Positions 48,600-60,580 of a DNA stretch of 64,000 bases are shown piece after piece; positions within the stretch are counted from its first letter, which is position 1, and each line of letters opens with the position of its first letter. A program made the position numbers and the translations under genes. Source of the stretch: Chiloscyllium plagiosum (Eukaryota); contig NC_057711.1 of assembly GCF_004010195.1 (NCBI RefSeq), positions 76,153,817 to 76,217,816 on the forward strand. Reading direction: 5' to 3'. Under the pieces are notes generated by a model. It was not told where the DNA came from, ran no database searches, and saw only the letters and a list, made by a program, of their open reading frames with translations.

Positions 48600-51450
48600 T
48601 TAATTTTCGTTGTTTCGAATTTAAGATCCCGACGAATAATTAAATTTTGCCTCCCTTTGTGATGTGACATTTTAGTTATGGGTTGCAACAATGACATTTT
48701 AAAACGGGTTGGAAGGTCAGTGGAGACCACCAATTTTCAGAGATCACAATTCTGTGATTTTCTTCAACCTTGGTTTGCACACTTTGACGTTGGTCTGCAA
48801 CGTTGCAAAGCAATTATCCTCTGGAAACTGGGATCCTACCAATAGGGAAACCCACTTCAGCCGCCCGCCCCTCAATTGCAACATTTCGATATTATTTTGC
48901 TGACATCTGTTTTCCTGAAGTCAAAGAATTGTAACGCGAACTGACTAATGCAACACATCTCATATTACATTATTACATTTTTTGGCTCATGGTTTTACTT
49001 AACCTATCATTTCTTGAGAGATCACAAATTGTTTTTTTTTGTCGTTTTAAGTACAACCGGTGAGAGTATTGCTTCTCCCGATCTGTACACATAAAATTAA
49101 AATAATAATTGTATTAAAATGTATAATATGAATCTATTATGGCTGTGTGTAGATAGGTCAGTGTGACTGACCGTGTCTCACCCCCTCAAGTAAGAAGGTC
49201 TGCAGTTCTTTTAGAGGAACGTGTCTCTCAAAATGAGGAACGAGAAATTTCAATGTGCTTGGTTCGGTAGAATTGAATATGTGTAAAACAAAATCCATTG
49301 AAAAGCTGTGTGCACTAGGACCGGGGGAAGTTCTTTTTGGTGGAGGAGGAGGGGGCTGGTAATTGAGTTACCGGTGGAGTTGGAGGAGGCGCTGTGGCCA
49401 TCTTAAGGCAGAGCTTATCTGAGTGAGGAACAGAAGAGCCAGCGAGTTGCGAGCAGTACGTTTACACACACACATAGACACGCAGCTCTATGTGTTTAAC
49501 ACAGGCGCGCACAGAGGTAGAGCTACACAGACACAATAGCTGCAGCGCACAGCAGCTCATAAATCTACTCAGGTCTGTGGAGTACATCCAAATCTCAGGC
49601 GCTCACTGACTGACTGGTGCTCCAGCCTCGCTGTCTTTCTTTCCACCTGGTTTATCATCAAAAGCCCGACGAAACGTGAAAGAAAGATTCATGAAGAGCG
49701 GACGATCGTGTTTTTGGTGGAGTGGGCGAGTTTGTTTAAACAGGATAGACTTGAGAAGACACACGCTTTATCTGCCCGGCTCTGCAATTTAGTACGGAAA
49801 TTGAGTACAAGGATCTGACTTTAAGGTGTTTTTGTAAAAAACAAAAAAAAATCCCCCAAAAGATGGATCGAGCGCCGAAGTGGTGCTGGGATCTTGTCTT
49901 TTCGCTGGTGTTATTTTTAGGGGTTTTACTGCCCTTTTCAAGAACTCTGATGTACACCAACCACTGGGCTGTGAGAATAACCGGAGGCAATGAAGAGGCC
50001 AATGCAATAGCAAGCAAATACGGATACAGAAACTTGGGGCAGGTAAGGTGCTTTTTGCGGCATATGTATTTTCAACGGACCTTCCGAGTTCTTGTACCTC
50101 CTATGTGGCTAATCATAGGTTGAAGTTTGGATGTCCTCAGCAGCACTGACATAGCAGATGCTTTAAGTTGTAACTCTCTGGGCGGAATCAATTGGATTCT
50201 AATTCAGGACAAACGATGAACTTAGTTGCAATGGGTTGGTTTTCTGGGCGACATGATTTTAATTGAGTTACATTTCACATACACCCTTTTTTTTAAAAGA
50301 AGGGTCGTTTTAAAATTGAAACTTTTTACTGAAGAATGTGAGGTTGGGACTTTCCTCCTCTTTTAAATGTATTCCATTGCAGTTGGAAGAAACTGATTTC
50401 CAGATGATTTTGCCCCCCCCGGCCTTCAAGGGAAGAGATTTGAACTACCACCGCTCAGGTGGACGAGTACAGGTGTGGGATCCGGCCAGGGAGAGCCGGC
50501 CTGGGCCTGGACTGGACTGAGCGAACACACAGACCCTCATTTCCCCCCCCCCTTTCTGAAATGATGTGCTGGAGTCGCTGGCGGTGTCTGTGTCTAATGT
50601 TTACTTGAAAGGAGGCTGTGAGAAGTGTAGTTCTGGAAGGCTGGGGCGGGATAAAGCAGACACAAACAGCCAGCCGGATGAGGAACTCGAGGTCTAACTG
50701 ACCAGGTAGGAGTGTGCGAGGGGCCGGGGCAGCTCCCCGTTGTTTCGCAACGAACGAGCGGACTTTGAGATGGTCTCAGTCCGGGCCTGGAGGCAGACAG
50801 CACTCCATCAGTGTCCCCGCTCCAGCGGGGCTCTTTGCCCCCTCACCTTCCTTTTTTTTCATTTAAAAAGGACAACCTTTTGTCGGATTTTCCGCAAACG
50901 CTCCAACTTTAAACATTCCAAAACCCCCTCTGGCTACTTTCACGAAAGTACGATCTGCATATCAACTGGTTAACCTTGTTCCATCGAGCGTCCCGTTGGA
51001 CTGTTTCCCTTTTTATCTGGCAACGCTTAGCCCTTTCATACCTGCCTTGTGGAAAAACTGCAATATTTCCACCGTCACCTTGTTTCTTAAAAAAAAATGC
51101 CCTGCACACAGGTGCCGTTTTAATATCGGAGCAGGATGCATTTCGTTTGCTTAATTAATGTGGAAAATTTAACACGGCGTGAAGTTCTCAAAATGGTTGA
51201 GGTTAAAACAGCTGTCACGTTAGAGTTGCATGATAACTCACTGCATGTCTCGAGTTAAGTTTTGACTCGCGCTCCCGCACACTTTTCACTCTCTTCTTCC
51301 ACCTTCAAAAATTATGTAGGTGAAGTACTTATTATGGATGGTTTACGATTCTATCATTGGATATCAGCTGGCGGGCGTGCCTAATTCAGGAGTGCGGAGG
51401 GGCTGTACTCAAGAGATTTGAGACTAAGCAGGCCAGAGGTCACGAGTGGT
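48600..51450 (+). promoter_or_regulatory. PCSK5: CpG-enriched PCSK5 promoter, 5'UTR and start of intron 1
   Basis: Repeat-free region with many unmutated CpGs in a CpG-depleted window; CCAAT at 48839, GC boxes ccgcccgccc at 48861, YY1-like gccatctt at 49397; surrounds the start codon. TSS not determinable. Confidence 0.75.
49863..50042 (+). CDS. PCSK5: Proprotein convertase subtilisin/kexin type 5 (PC5/6), coding exon 1: signal peptide and prodomain start
   Basis: MDRAPKWCWDLVFSLVLFLGVLLPFSRTLMYTNHWAVRITGGNEEANAIASKYGYRNLGQ; hydrophobic signal, YTNHWAV..GG..EAN.IASKYG matches PC5; good Kozak context (aagATGg); phase-0 donor CAG|gtaagg. Confidence 0.93.
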
Positions 51451-51547
51451 TTTATGGATAATTGTTTTGCATTTGAACGAGTATAGGGATCCAATGCTGG
51501 TTGGTCAAGACCTGTTTGGATAATTATGTAGCAAGTGTGAATTTCTG

Positions 51548-52212
51548 AAAGGTAAAATTACTGAATGACTGTTTCATTAGAATCATTTCTTTTAAATAGG
51601 TGCTGCAGTCACATAGTAACACTACCTTCTATATTTCATTTAAAGTCTCTCCACAGCAGAATTGAAGAATTCACTGATACCCTCAATAATTAGCATCACC
51701 ACACCAATTCCTAGGACACTTCAGTACAGCACTCAAAATATATGTGCAGTGGGCAAATCCGTCCATGAAAACATTGCCTAACTAAGTTTGCTTCAAGGGT
51801 GACCAATTGGCAAGAGGTTGCCCCTGTTGATAGAATAGAAAGAAATGGTGAGGAGTTGCTTCCCCAAACATAGGTTGCTTCTTCCTGCCTTTGGTTGCTT
51901 GCTAGGCTCATAGTAAGGCAAGAGGTTGGGGATATGGGAGAGCAGGAGAGGGATGGGTGAGAGGGGATGAGGGGTTGTGCTGTGGGGTAGGAGGTCAGGA
52001 GTGAGAGTAGGGGTGAAGGGTCGACAGTAAGGGAGGGAGACCAGCATTTTGGGCACTTAATTATTGAAGGTATTGATTGAATTCTTCCAATTCTGCTCCT
52101 CTAAGTCCAAATCAGTCAAATCAAATATAGAAAGTAGTGTTGTTATGTGACTGCAGCATTTTTATTAAAGAAATGAATGAAAATGATAAGTCATTCTTAA
52201 ATTACCATTTGA
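51548..52212. repeat. Long imperfect inverted repeat (MITE-like or hairpin element) in PCSK5 intron 1
   Basis: tgctgcagtcacatagtaacactaccttctatattt (~51601) pairs with aaatatagaaagtagtgttgttatgtgactgcagca (~52123); agcagaattgaagaattca pairs with tgaattcttccaattctgct. Confidence 0.8.
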
Positions 52213-52639
52213 AAGGAGCTCTTGAGGGCATATGTTGGTATGTCAGGAGGGGTTTGAGAACAGTGAGGAATGTTTGAGCCTTGTATTGGTGGGATGTCTA
52301 CTGTTCTTGTCCATTTTCCAAATGATGGGAGAAGATACTGGTAGCTCAGCTCTTGCTTTTCAACATAACTAATATTAATGCTGTAGCTTTTAAAATATTA
52401 AAATGTCCCAAGATGTTTCTCAGCAGCATAAAACAAAGTGAAATAAAACAACATTAGGTGCTATTGGGTCAAATATTCAAAAGCTTGGTCAAAGTAGTGG
52501 TAGGTTTTAAGGAGACAAATGACCCCAGTGGAGGACATTCCAGAATTTATGGCCTAATCGATTTGAGGTCAATGATAGTGATTTAAAATTGGAAATGCCA
52601 AGGAGGCCAGAATTAGAAGCACACAGCTCAGGTTTGTGA

Positions 52640-53145
52640 AATCTTGCATATATAGCATCTTTCACAACCAAAAACAGTTTTTACAGCCTTTCAGTGTATT
52701 TGAAGTATAATCACTGTTGTAACGTAGGAAACACAGAAGAAAAGTTGCATGCAACAAATTCCCTCAAAGAGCAACAAAAATAGAAATTGCTTAAAAAAAA
52801 GTTCAACTGGTCTGATGGCACCTGTGGAAAGAAATCAGAATTAACACTTTGGGTCCTGTGACCCTTCCTCAAACAGCAATGTGGTAAAGACCAGGTAACA
52901 TTTATGTTGATTAAGGGATGCATTTTGGTGAGATCATTGGGTTGACCTCCCTACTCTTAATAGTGTCATTATGCCTGCCAAATTGAGTCAACAGTGCCTC
53001 TGTTTAAAGTTTCACCTGAAAGATAACTTTTCTTACAGCATTAAAGTAGTGCCAGATTGTATTAGATTGTCTAGCTAGATTGTTGCACTCCAATCTCTGG
53101 AGCAGGACTTGAACACTCAACCTTTTGATATGGAGAGTGCTGACG
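52640..53145 (-). mobile_element. SacSINE1-like DeuSINE containing a small Penelope remnant
   Basis: Reverse-complement head (ggacttgaac), tgtttaaagtttcacctgaaaga Deu-like block, cttgcatatatagc tail. Confidence 0.55.
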
Positions 53146-55274
53146 CCTTTTAAGATTTCTTTCCCCTTTCATGTTTCTCTTTTATGAAGAAAGCAGTGTT
53201 TCAAAGAATCATTTGATAGATAATGACAAATACTTGGGTATTGGCCAAGAAACCAATGAGTATTAGTTAGCTGTTCAAATTTGGTATCTTCAGATGCCTC
53301 TTTGATTATTTACATTTCATACCTAGATCAGAGACATCTATAGCCTATTAAAAGATAACTTCTGTCAATCCTGTTTGAAATTCACTAAATTAGTTCAAAC
53401 AGTAATTTGAAGTGAGGAACTTGCCTTCTCTGAATTAACTGGGAAATTCGCTACGTAGTTGGACACTGAGCCAAATGAATCAAAAAGGTTGAGATTTTTT
53501 GTTGAATTGAGTACCTAAACTGCAGTTTTACAAGCATTGCAGTTGCCTTCAATGACCCTGACCTTGTTGGTGTGGCAAGGTAATAGTCAATGGTGGGATC
53601 TATGGCTATCCAGTGAATAAAGAAAAGTGGGCATCTGGTGGGGATAGGATTTGTTTTGCAAAAATTTTGTGCTAACACTTACTGTCTTGGCTCACATGAC
53701 TGTGAGAGGCACTCAAGGGTTGTTGTCAACTGTTGTACTGTGCACAGGATGAGTCATCCATATAATTTCCTTAGACAAGGAGATGAAATGGCATGAAATA
53801 AAGCCTCAACATCTGTGATAGTCGAACACAATGCTATACCATAAGATGTGCATATTCGTTGATGGATAGACTCCGGATTATTTTTATCTACAAAATATAC
53901 CACAAGAACATGTCTTGAGTCATCTCTAGCAGTCCAGTAAAAGCTTTTCTTAAAAGTCTTGTTCGCCTTTCTTTGGAAACTGGAAGTTCTGTGAAATGCA
54001 ATCTTGCTTTTTTTTTTAAATCTTATCATCTAAGCTCTCGATGAACTATAGTTCCACAGGTAGCAATCATTCCGTACCTCAATGGAGTGTTCATTTTTCA
54101 TGCGAGTTTGAGGGTATCCAAGCTGAGTCTGATTCTGCTCATATTCTATATCCACAAGTGCATTTGCAGCAGGGGTGTAATGCAACAGTTAGTGATTTGT
54201 TTTAAATCCTGTAAATATACTTAGTTATAAATGAACTAAACCAGCATGAGTGGATCATAGATGTATTCATTCATACCATTTTGCAGAAACGCTTTGGTTA
54301 CAATGTAGTTGTAAACTGGATACAAGAATATCCAAAATATTTACATAGTACCATCATCTCTTCTGAACTGAAGAGATTTACCATAGAATCTGCTGTTTCA
54401 GACTCTGGTTCTATAGAAACAATTTAGGTGAAATGTCTGCAGTTTCTTTATGAAAGACAAAAATAAACCAATCTCTTGATGGCTGTATTTTATAATCCTA
54501 CCTTTTATGATTACTGTACACATGAATTTTAATACACTTCCTGCAGAGTATTTGATACTTTCTGAGATGTCCTTTTTTTATAATGTAAAGCTTATTTATC
54601 TTCTGTGACACCGATTTTATTAAAGTTTTGTATTAGATGGCTGAAATAATGGGGTGAATTATCTTAATCTTTGGTAGCATTAATTTTTAATTAGCAGCAA
54701 ACTTTGTCCAATGATAGACATTCATAAAGTTATACCTTATCTGGCATGTTGATTTAACCCTTTTTTTAAAGTTGCGATTGTTCAATAAGCCCAGTCATGT
54801 TGGAGAAACTCTTGATTCTCCTCCATTCTTTTATGATTGACTTCCAGCCATGCTCTGATCCCAAGGCTACTGTATTAATGAAATCTATATTTTAATCATA
54901 AACTGTAAACTGCTGTTACTTTTATCCAGCCCTGCCAGGAGATCTATGATGTGCCACACTTCCCTGATTTACACCATTCTTGCACATTCACGGTACCTTA
55001 TCTGTAGCTAGTTAGTGACATCTGTCGTCCCACTACACCCAGGATAACTCATCTTGCTGCAATCCTGCACTTTGCTTTCTGGAAGAGATTTTTGTGGCTT
55101 TTCAGCTTTGATCAAATGGCTGAAATACTGAGATTTTTCTGAATGTCAATTTGTAGAGTTCTTTTTGCTCTTGCTATTTCAATTATCTTTTCGTTTGTCT
55201 TATGGTCTATACATGGAATTTTTAGCCTGGGTCTTTGCAGTCACATTTCAAAGGTGTTAATTTTCTTCAACAAA

Positions 55275-55570
55275 TTTTTAGGATCACTCCCACCCTGATT
55301 ATGCTCTCTTCCACCCTTTTCTGTCAGGCAGAAGATAAAAAAGTTTGAATATATGTATGAATAGATTCAAGAACAGCTTTATCTTCTTCCCCTCTGTTAT
55401 CAGCCTTGTAAACAGATCTCTTAAATGTTAATTCTGATCGCTCACTCACTCTTCTCTCCCCACCCACTCACAGTTTTGCTACCCTGATATACTTTGTTTG
55501 GTTCAGTCGGCCTGTATAGCAACAAAAGAACACTTTTTTTACTCTATCCTGGTACATGTGACAACAATGA
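55275..55570 (+). mobile_element. Rex1/Babar LINE 3' end
   Basis: DHSHP....LFHPF.SGRR..SL...RFKNSF motif and tail gtacatgtgacaacaat. Confidence 0.7.
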
Positions 55571-55724
55571 ATTCATCTGTTTTGATGCTTCCAGGAAAGT
55601 GGATAGAATGGAGCATCTTGGTGTTTTCTTTCCCTTTTTTTACAAGCTTGAGTTTTTTTCCTTGTTAACATGTTCTTCTTGTTCTTCTCCTCAATTATTT
55701 CTTCAGTATGGCTATCTTTGTAAC

Positions 55725-56055
55725 TTTCATAGAATCTCTAAAGTGTGAAAACTGGCCATTAGGCCCAACAATTCCACACTGACCCTCCAAAGAGTAACAC
55801 ACCCAGACCTGTTCCTCTACTCCACATGCACCTAACCTACACATCCCTGAAAGACTATTGGTTATTTACCATGGTCAGTTCACCTAACCTGCATATCTTT
55901 TGGATTATGGAAGTAAACCAGAACGTCCAGAGGAAACCCATGCAGGCACAGGGCGAATGTGCAAACTCCACACACAGTCACCACAGGCTGGAATTGAACC
56001 CAGGTCCCTGGTGCTATGATGCAGTAGTGCTAACTAATGAACAACCGTGCCACCG
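55725..56055 (-). mobile_element. HE1-type V-SINE
   Basis: gaatgtgcaaactccacac core and reverse B-box ggaattgaacc. Confidence 0.85.
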
Positions 56056-56856
56056 TAGCAACTTCTGCTTCACACTTTGTGTTCCAGTATAACCCCATCC
56101 TCTTCAGTCTTTACTTCAGTCTGTATTCCCGCTAACTGTCAGTGCTTTTGTCGTCTTGCGGTTCATACACTGTCCATATTCTAAATTTTTAAATTTTACT
56201 TGAGCTGCAACATCTTGTAGGGCCTCCTCTGATTCTGCAAGTAATGCTGTGTCGTCTGTTTACTGCGCGTTTCTGTTGTTGCCTCCAATTATCATCCCTA
56301 AGAGTACATCAAATTCTCTGAATATCTATGTACTGATTTGATTGATTGATTTGATTCAGTTTAGAGGCAGTACAAAACCTTGTCATACTAGTGTCTTCAC
56401 TTGAACCATATTTGATTGTTCCTGATACATACTGTTTGGACCCAGTATATGGTCTCCCGTTTTCACTGTCAATTTCACATTTCAGCAACATGCCTGTTAA
56501 TGTTTAGTGATAAACCTGATTGAATTTTTTTTTGTATAGTTTATGAAACACAACTTTCTAGTGTTTTTTTTAAAATTGTGAAATTGTTCTTGGGTGAAAT
56601 ATTCCTACTCTTGGTCTTACTCTAGATCTCAATCCAGATTTTCATCAGTTTCTGCTTCAAGTATGGTATTTATTTCTGTAATTTAGGTACAATTCAAACA
56701 TCACAGAAGCTATTTTAGGAGTGCAGTTTCTTCTGATTTTTTGTTTGCATCATGTGTAATTCTTAGGTTTGTTATCTTCTTAGCTGAAGACGTTGGGCTT
56801 AATTGTAGTGTCACTGCTGTTTTCTGGCCTCTCTGTTACCATCTTTAATGTGAACT

Positions 56857-58112
56857 GTTGAATTGAATTTATTGTCATGTGTACCGATGCACAGTGAAAA
56901 GCTCTGACTGTGAGCAATACAGGCAGATCGCATAGTTAAATAGAATAGATAAGTAAATAATAGTTAAACAGCGGCAAAAACCAAAACACAGGAACAGGTG
57001 AATGCTAAGAGTTTGAGAGCCCATTCAGTATTCTAACAACAGTAGGATAGAAACTGTTTTGAACCAGCTGGTGCATGTGTTCAGGCTTCTACATCTTCTC
57101 CCTGATGGTAGAGGTTGTAGAAAAGCATTGCTAGGGTGGGATGGATCTTTGAGAATGCTGGTGGCCTTTCCTTGACAGCGGGCCTGGTAGATGGATTCTG
57201 TAGATGGGACGTTGGCCTTTGTGATTGTCTGGGCCGAGTTCACCACTCTCTGTAACCGTCTCCGATCTTGAATGGTACAGTTGCCATATCAGGTAGTGAT
57301 ACATTCAGACAGAATGCTCTCAGGCACACCTATAAAGGTGGGCAAGGTATTTGCCGTCATGCCAAATTTTCTCAGCTGTCTGAGGATGAAGAGACGTTGG
57401 GCATTTGTAACCAGTGCGTCCACATGAAGAGTGCAAGAAAGCTTTGTTGTTGATGACCACTCCCAGGAGCTTGACACTTTCCATTCATTCCATCTCTGTG
57501 CTGTTAGTGTGTGGTGGGGGGGGGGGGGGCGCGCATGAGTAACATCCTGCCAAAAGTCAATAATGAGTTCCTAGGTTTTGCCAGCATTGAGAGCTAGGTT
57601 GTTCTCAGTGCACTATTTTTCCAGGTCTTCTACCTCCTGTGGGTAGTTTTGTCGCCATCTGAGATTCAACCAACTAGAGTGGTGTCATCAGCTTATAAAT
57701 AGCACTTAGTCTGGTATTTGGTGATGCAGACATGGGTATACAGTGAGTACAGTAGGGGGCTGAGTACGCACCCCTAGGGGGCTCCAGTGCTGAGTGTTAG
57801 TGAGGATGAAATATTGTCCCCAATCTTCACTGATTGTGGCCTGTGGGTCAGGAAACTGAGGATCCAGTTGCATTGTGGGGCTTAGTCAGAGATCACTAAG
57901 TTTTAGTAATCAGTCTCAAGGGGATAATAGTGTTGACAGTTCAGTCTTCAATGAGTAGGACTCTTGCATAGCTGTTCTTTGTGTCAAGATGTTCGAGGGA
58001 GGAGTGAAGGGCAAGTGATACGGCATCTGACGTGGATCTGTTGGTCTGATTAGGCAAGTTGGAATGGTCAAGAGGTAGTGGGGAGGCTGGAGTTGATTAA
58101 TGCCATGACCAA
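56857..58112 (-). mobile_element. Rex1/Babar LINE, 5'-truncated
   Basis: Minus strand STGAP/GCVLSPLLYSLYT, ALHSSLEHLD, AQRLFILRQLRKFG, ESILSECITTWYG, ILKDPSHP; tail tgacaataaattcaattcaa. Confidence 0.88.
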
Positions 58113-59629
58113 CCTTTTATACACCAGCCAGCTATACATCAAACCTGGTAATCACTTAAATTCAGCATATGTTGTAATGTTTCAACTAATGCAAAAGGTG
58201 TTTGGGGGAGAGGAGAAGTTAAGACTTGACTAGTTGGTACCTAGATAATATTTAAATATTTTAGAGCAGGGTACAGAATATGTGCTTTCACCTGTTAGAT
58301 TAGTAACCTGGCATCAGATTCTACCCCACAGTAAATTTATTGGGTGGAATGCAATAAGTGTGTACTGTATACTGATCACTGCATGTTAAAATAGGGACAG
58401 ACATTTCAGATATCAAATGTCGCCCTTTATTGGCAGAAAATACATTGTATTTGGCGAAAGCGTATCAAAAGATATTAACAGTTGTGAAGAAAAAAAACTC
58501 AAATTGGATAATTTAGTTTATTCTATTAGATGTTCATCCAAAATGTAGAAATTCTTTATGCTTGCCTGTTAAATACTGTCAAACTCAAAATGTGACTTGA
58601 CTTACCTACATCATGGGACTGAATGTTAAATGTAATTCATGATGGATATGAAACCTATTATTCTGCTCCCTTTTTTATGTTTCACTTTTGTATATATTCT
58701 CTTTTAGATTACTAGGCTTTTATTTTAAAAAAGGCTTTTGACAAGATAGTGAAGGTGCTTTAAGAAACCGTGCAGACCGTAGGCCACTATTTCATTGCAA
58801 TCTGTGGAAGTGAATGAAGGTATTTTAATGTCATACTTTTGCACAAACATCCAACTGCCATTTATTTCACCAATATGATGCTGATCAATGGATTCCCAGA
58901 GAGAAAAACTATTACAAAAAGAAAGTAATACTCTGGTAAACATGTTGAGAAAAGATGTTCTCAATGTCCAGAATCCAGGGATCACCAGTTAAGGATATGG
59001 GTTAGACTATTTAGAATTGTGTTGAGGAAAGATTTGAGATTGTGGGTTGAATATATTAATTGTGATGGACCTTCATTTTTTGAATTTTACAAAATGTCAT
59101 TTACCTGTTCTACTGTTTTTCTTTCCTCCTTAATCTAGAATTGTATTTTAACCTGTAATCAAGACCGGTCAGATAACATATTGTGATTTGCTGCATAAAA
59201 GTACTTTGATCTTAATTGCTATGGAACACACTTTACCATTGGATTATTCCTTTCAGTATTACAATATTAAAAGCAAGTCCAAAAGTATTATCTTGTCATT
59301 ATCAAAAACAACCTACATTATGGGTGTGAAACTTGTTCAAATTTGCAGTAGAGGTTCTGTTTACACAAGTCTGTTCACGTAAGTTGACTTTGTTTTGCTG
59401 TTAGTTGCTAATGTACTTGAGTTTCTTTATTAAGAAATTATTTTCAAGGATAAAAGGCATAATGTACTCTGGTTCCATATCGACACCACCTTCAATAAGT
59501 GATTGGATTCAGGAAGCTGAGTGGACTTTTTTTTAATACGGAATACTCGTGACTCCGTAAACAGCAGAGACATTTTTAAAACCGTAAATACTTAGCTTTG
59601 TATGACAAGCTTATTGATATTTTGACTTT

Positions 59630-59910
59630 GAGTCATAGAGACGTACAACATGGAAACAGACCTTTTGGTACAACCTGTCCATGCCTGCCAGATCTCCTAA
59701 TCTACAAGGTAAAAACAATGACTGCAGATGCTGGAAACCAGATTCTGGATCAATGGTGCTGGAAGAGCACAGCAATTCAGGCAGCATCTGCTGAAGCTCC
59801 TCGATGCTGCCTGAATTGCTGTGCTCTTCCAGCACCATTGATCCAGATCTCCTAATCTAATCAAGTCCCATTTGCCAGCATTTGGCCCATGTCCCTCTGA
59901 ACCCTTCCTG
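59630..59910 (-). mobile_element. CR1 3' UTR fragment interrupted by a Penelope palindrome
   Basis: gagtcatagagacgtacaacatggaaacagacc head matches 15088. Confidence 0.8.
59705..59847. mobile_element. Palindromic Penelope-terminus mini-element (second family)
   Basis: Arms tctggatcaatggtgctggaagagcacagcaattcaggcagcatc / gatgctgcctgaattgctgtgctcttccagcaccattgatccaga; 17-bp TSD ccagatctcctaatcta at 59688-59704 and 59843-59859. Confidence 0.9.
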
Positions 59911-60066
59911 TATTTGTTGCATCATCTTCACCATAATTCATTTGGAAGAAGAATGAGCAAGTTTAAACTTTTTTTTTTGTGGCTACTGGGACCAATCAAC
60001 ATGCAGAATAACTGATGATGAGAGGTTTGATTCTTTCCTTATTTGTCTCTCATTTGTTTGACGATG

Positions 60067-60290
60067 ATTTGGAGATGCCAGTGTTGGTCTGGGGTGTACA
60101 AAGTTAAAAATCACACAACACCAGGTTATAGTCCAACAGGTTTAATTGGAAGCACACTAGCTTTCGGAGCGACGCTCCTTCATCAGGTGATTGTGACAAT
60201 CACCTGATGAAGGAGCGTCGCTCCGAAAGCTAGTGTGCTTCCAATTAAATCTGTTGGACTATAACCTGGTGTTGTGATTTTTAACTTTGT
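60067..60290. mobile_element. Near-perfect palindromic Penelope-terminus element with two hammerhead cores
   Basis: Dyad centre at 60195 (catcaggtgattgt g acaatcacctgatg); arms ~95 bp; 14-bp TSD tttgtttgacgatg at 60053-60066 and 60286-60299. Confidence 0.92.
60201..60235 (+). ncRNA. Minimal type-I hammerhead ribozyme motif
   Basis: cac-CTGATGA-a-ggagc(gtc)gctcc-GAAA-g-CTA-gtg: core boxes, stem II, NUH triplet CUA, stem I cac/gtg; activity untested. Confidence 0.75.
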
Positions 60291-60580
60291 TTGACGATGC
60301 TTGTGATGGAGGTGATGTCAACAAGCTTGTTTTTATTGCTCATCTCTAGTGGCCCTGAAGCACCGGAAGTAAGACCTAAATCTGGAGAAGTAAATCCCTC
60401 AATGACTGAGGTGATAATAAATTTTAATAAATTGACTGCTCTTTTATTTTCTACAATTCACCTAAATCTCAATAAAATTGCGATTAAACATTGTTTGTCT
60501 ATTTGTTTTAGTTAAGAAATTGGATTTGATCATCATCCTTTGTGAATAGTTTCTCTCTATTTGTGTTCTAGTAATCTTTT

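Noticed and set aside
50043..50123. C-terminal 26 aa of the 86-aa ORF at 49863
   Set aside because: Read-through past a consensus splice donor (CAG|gtaagg); PC5 homology resumes at 62635.
60099..60290. CRISPR array, terminator or pre-miRNA interpretation of the palindromes
   Set aside because: No repeat-spacer periodicity, eukaryotic context, and the arms are multi-copy Penelope termini with TSDs.
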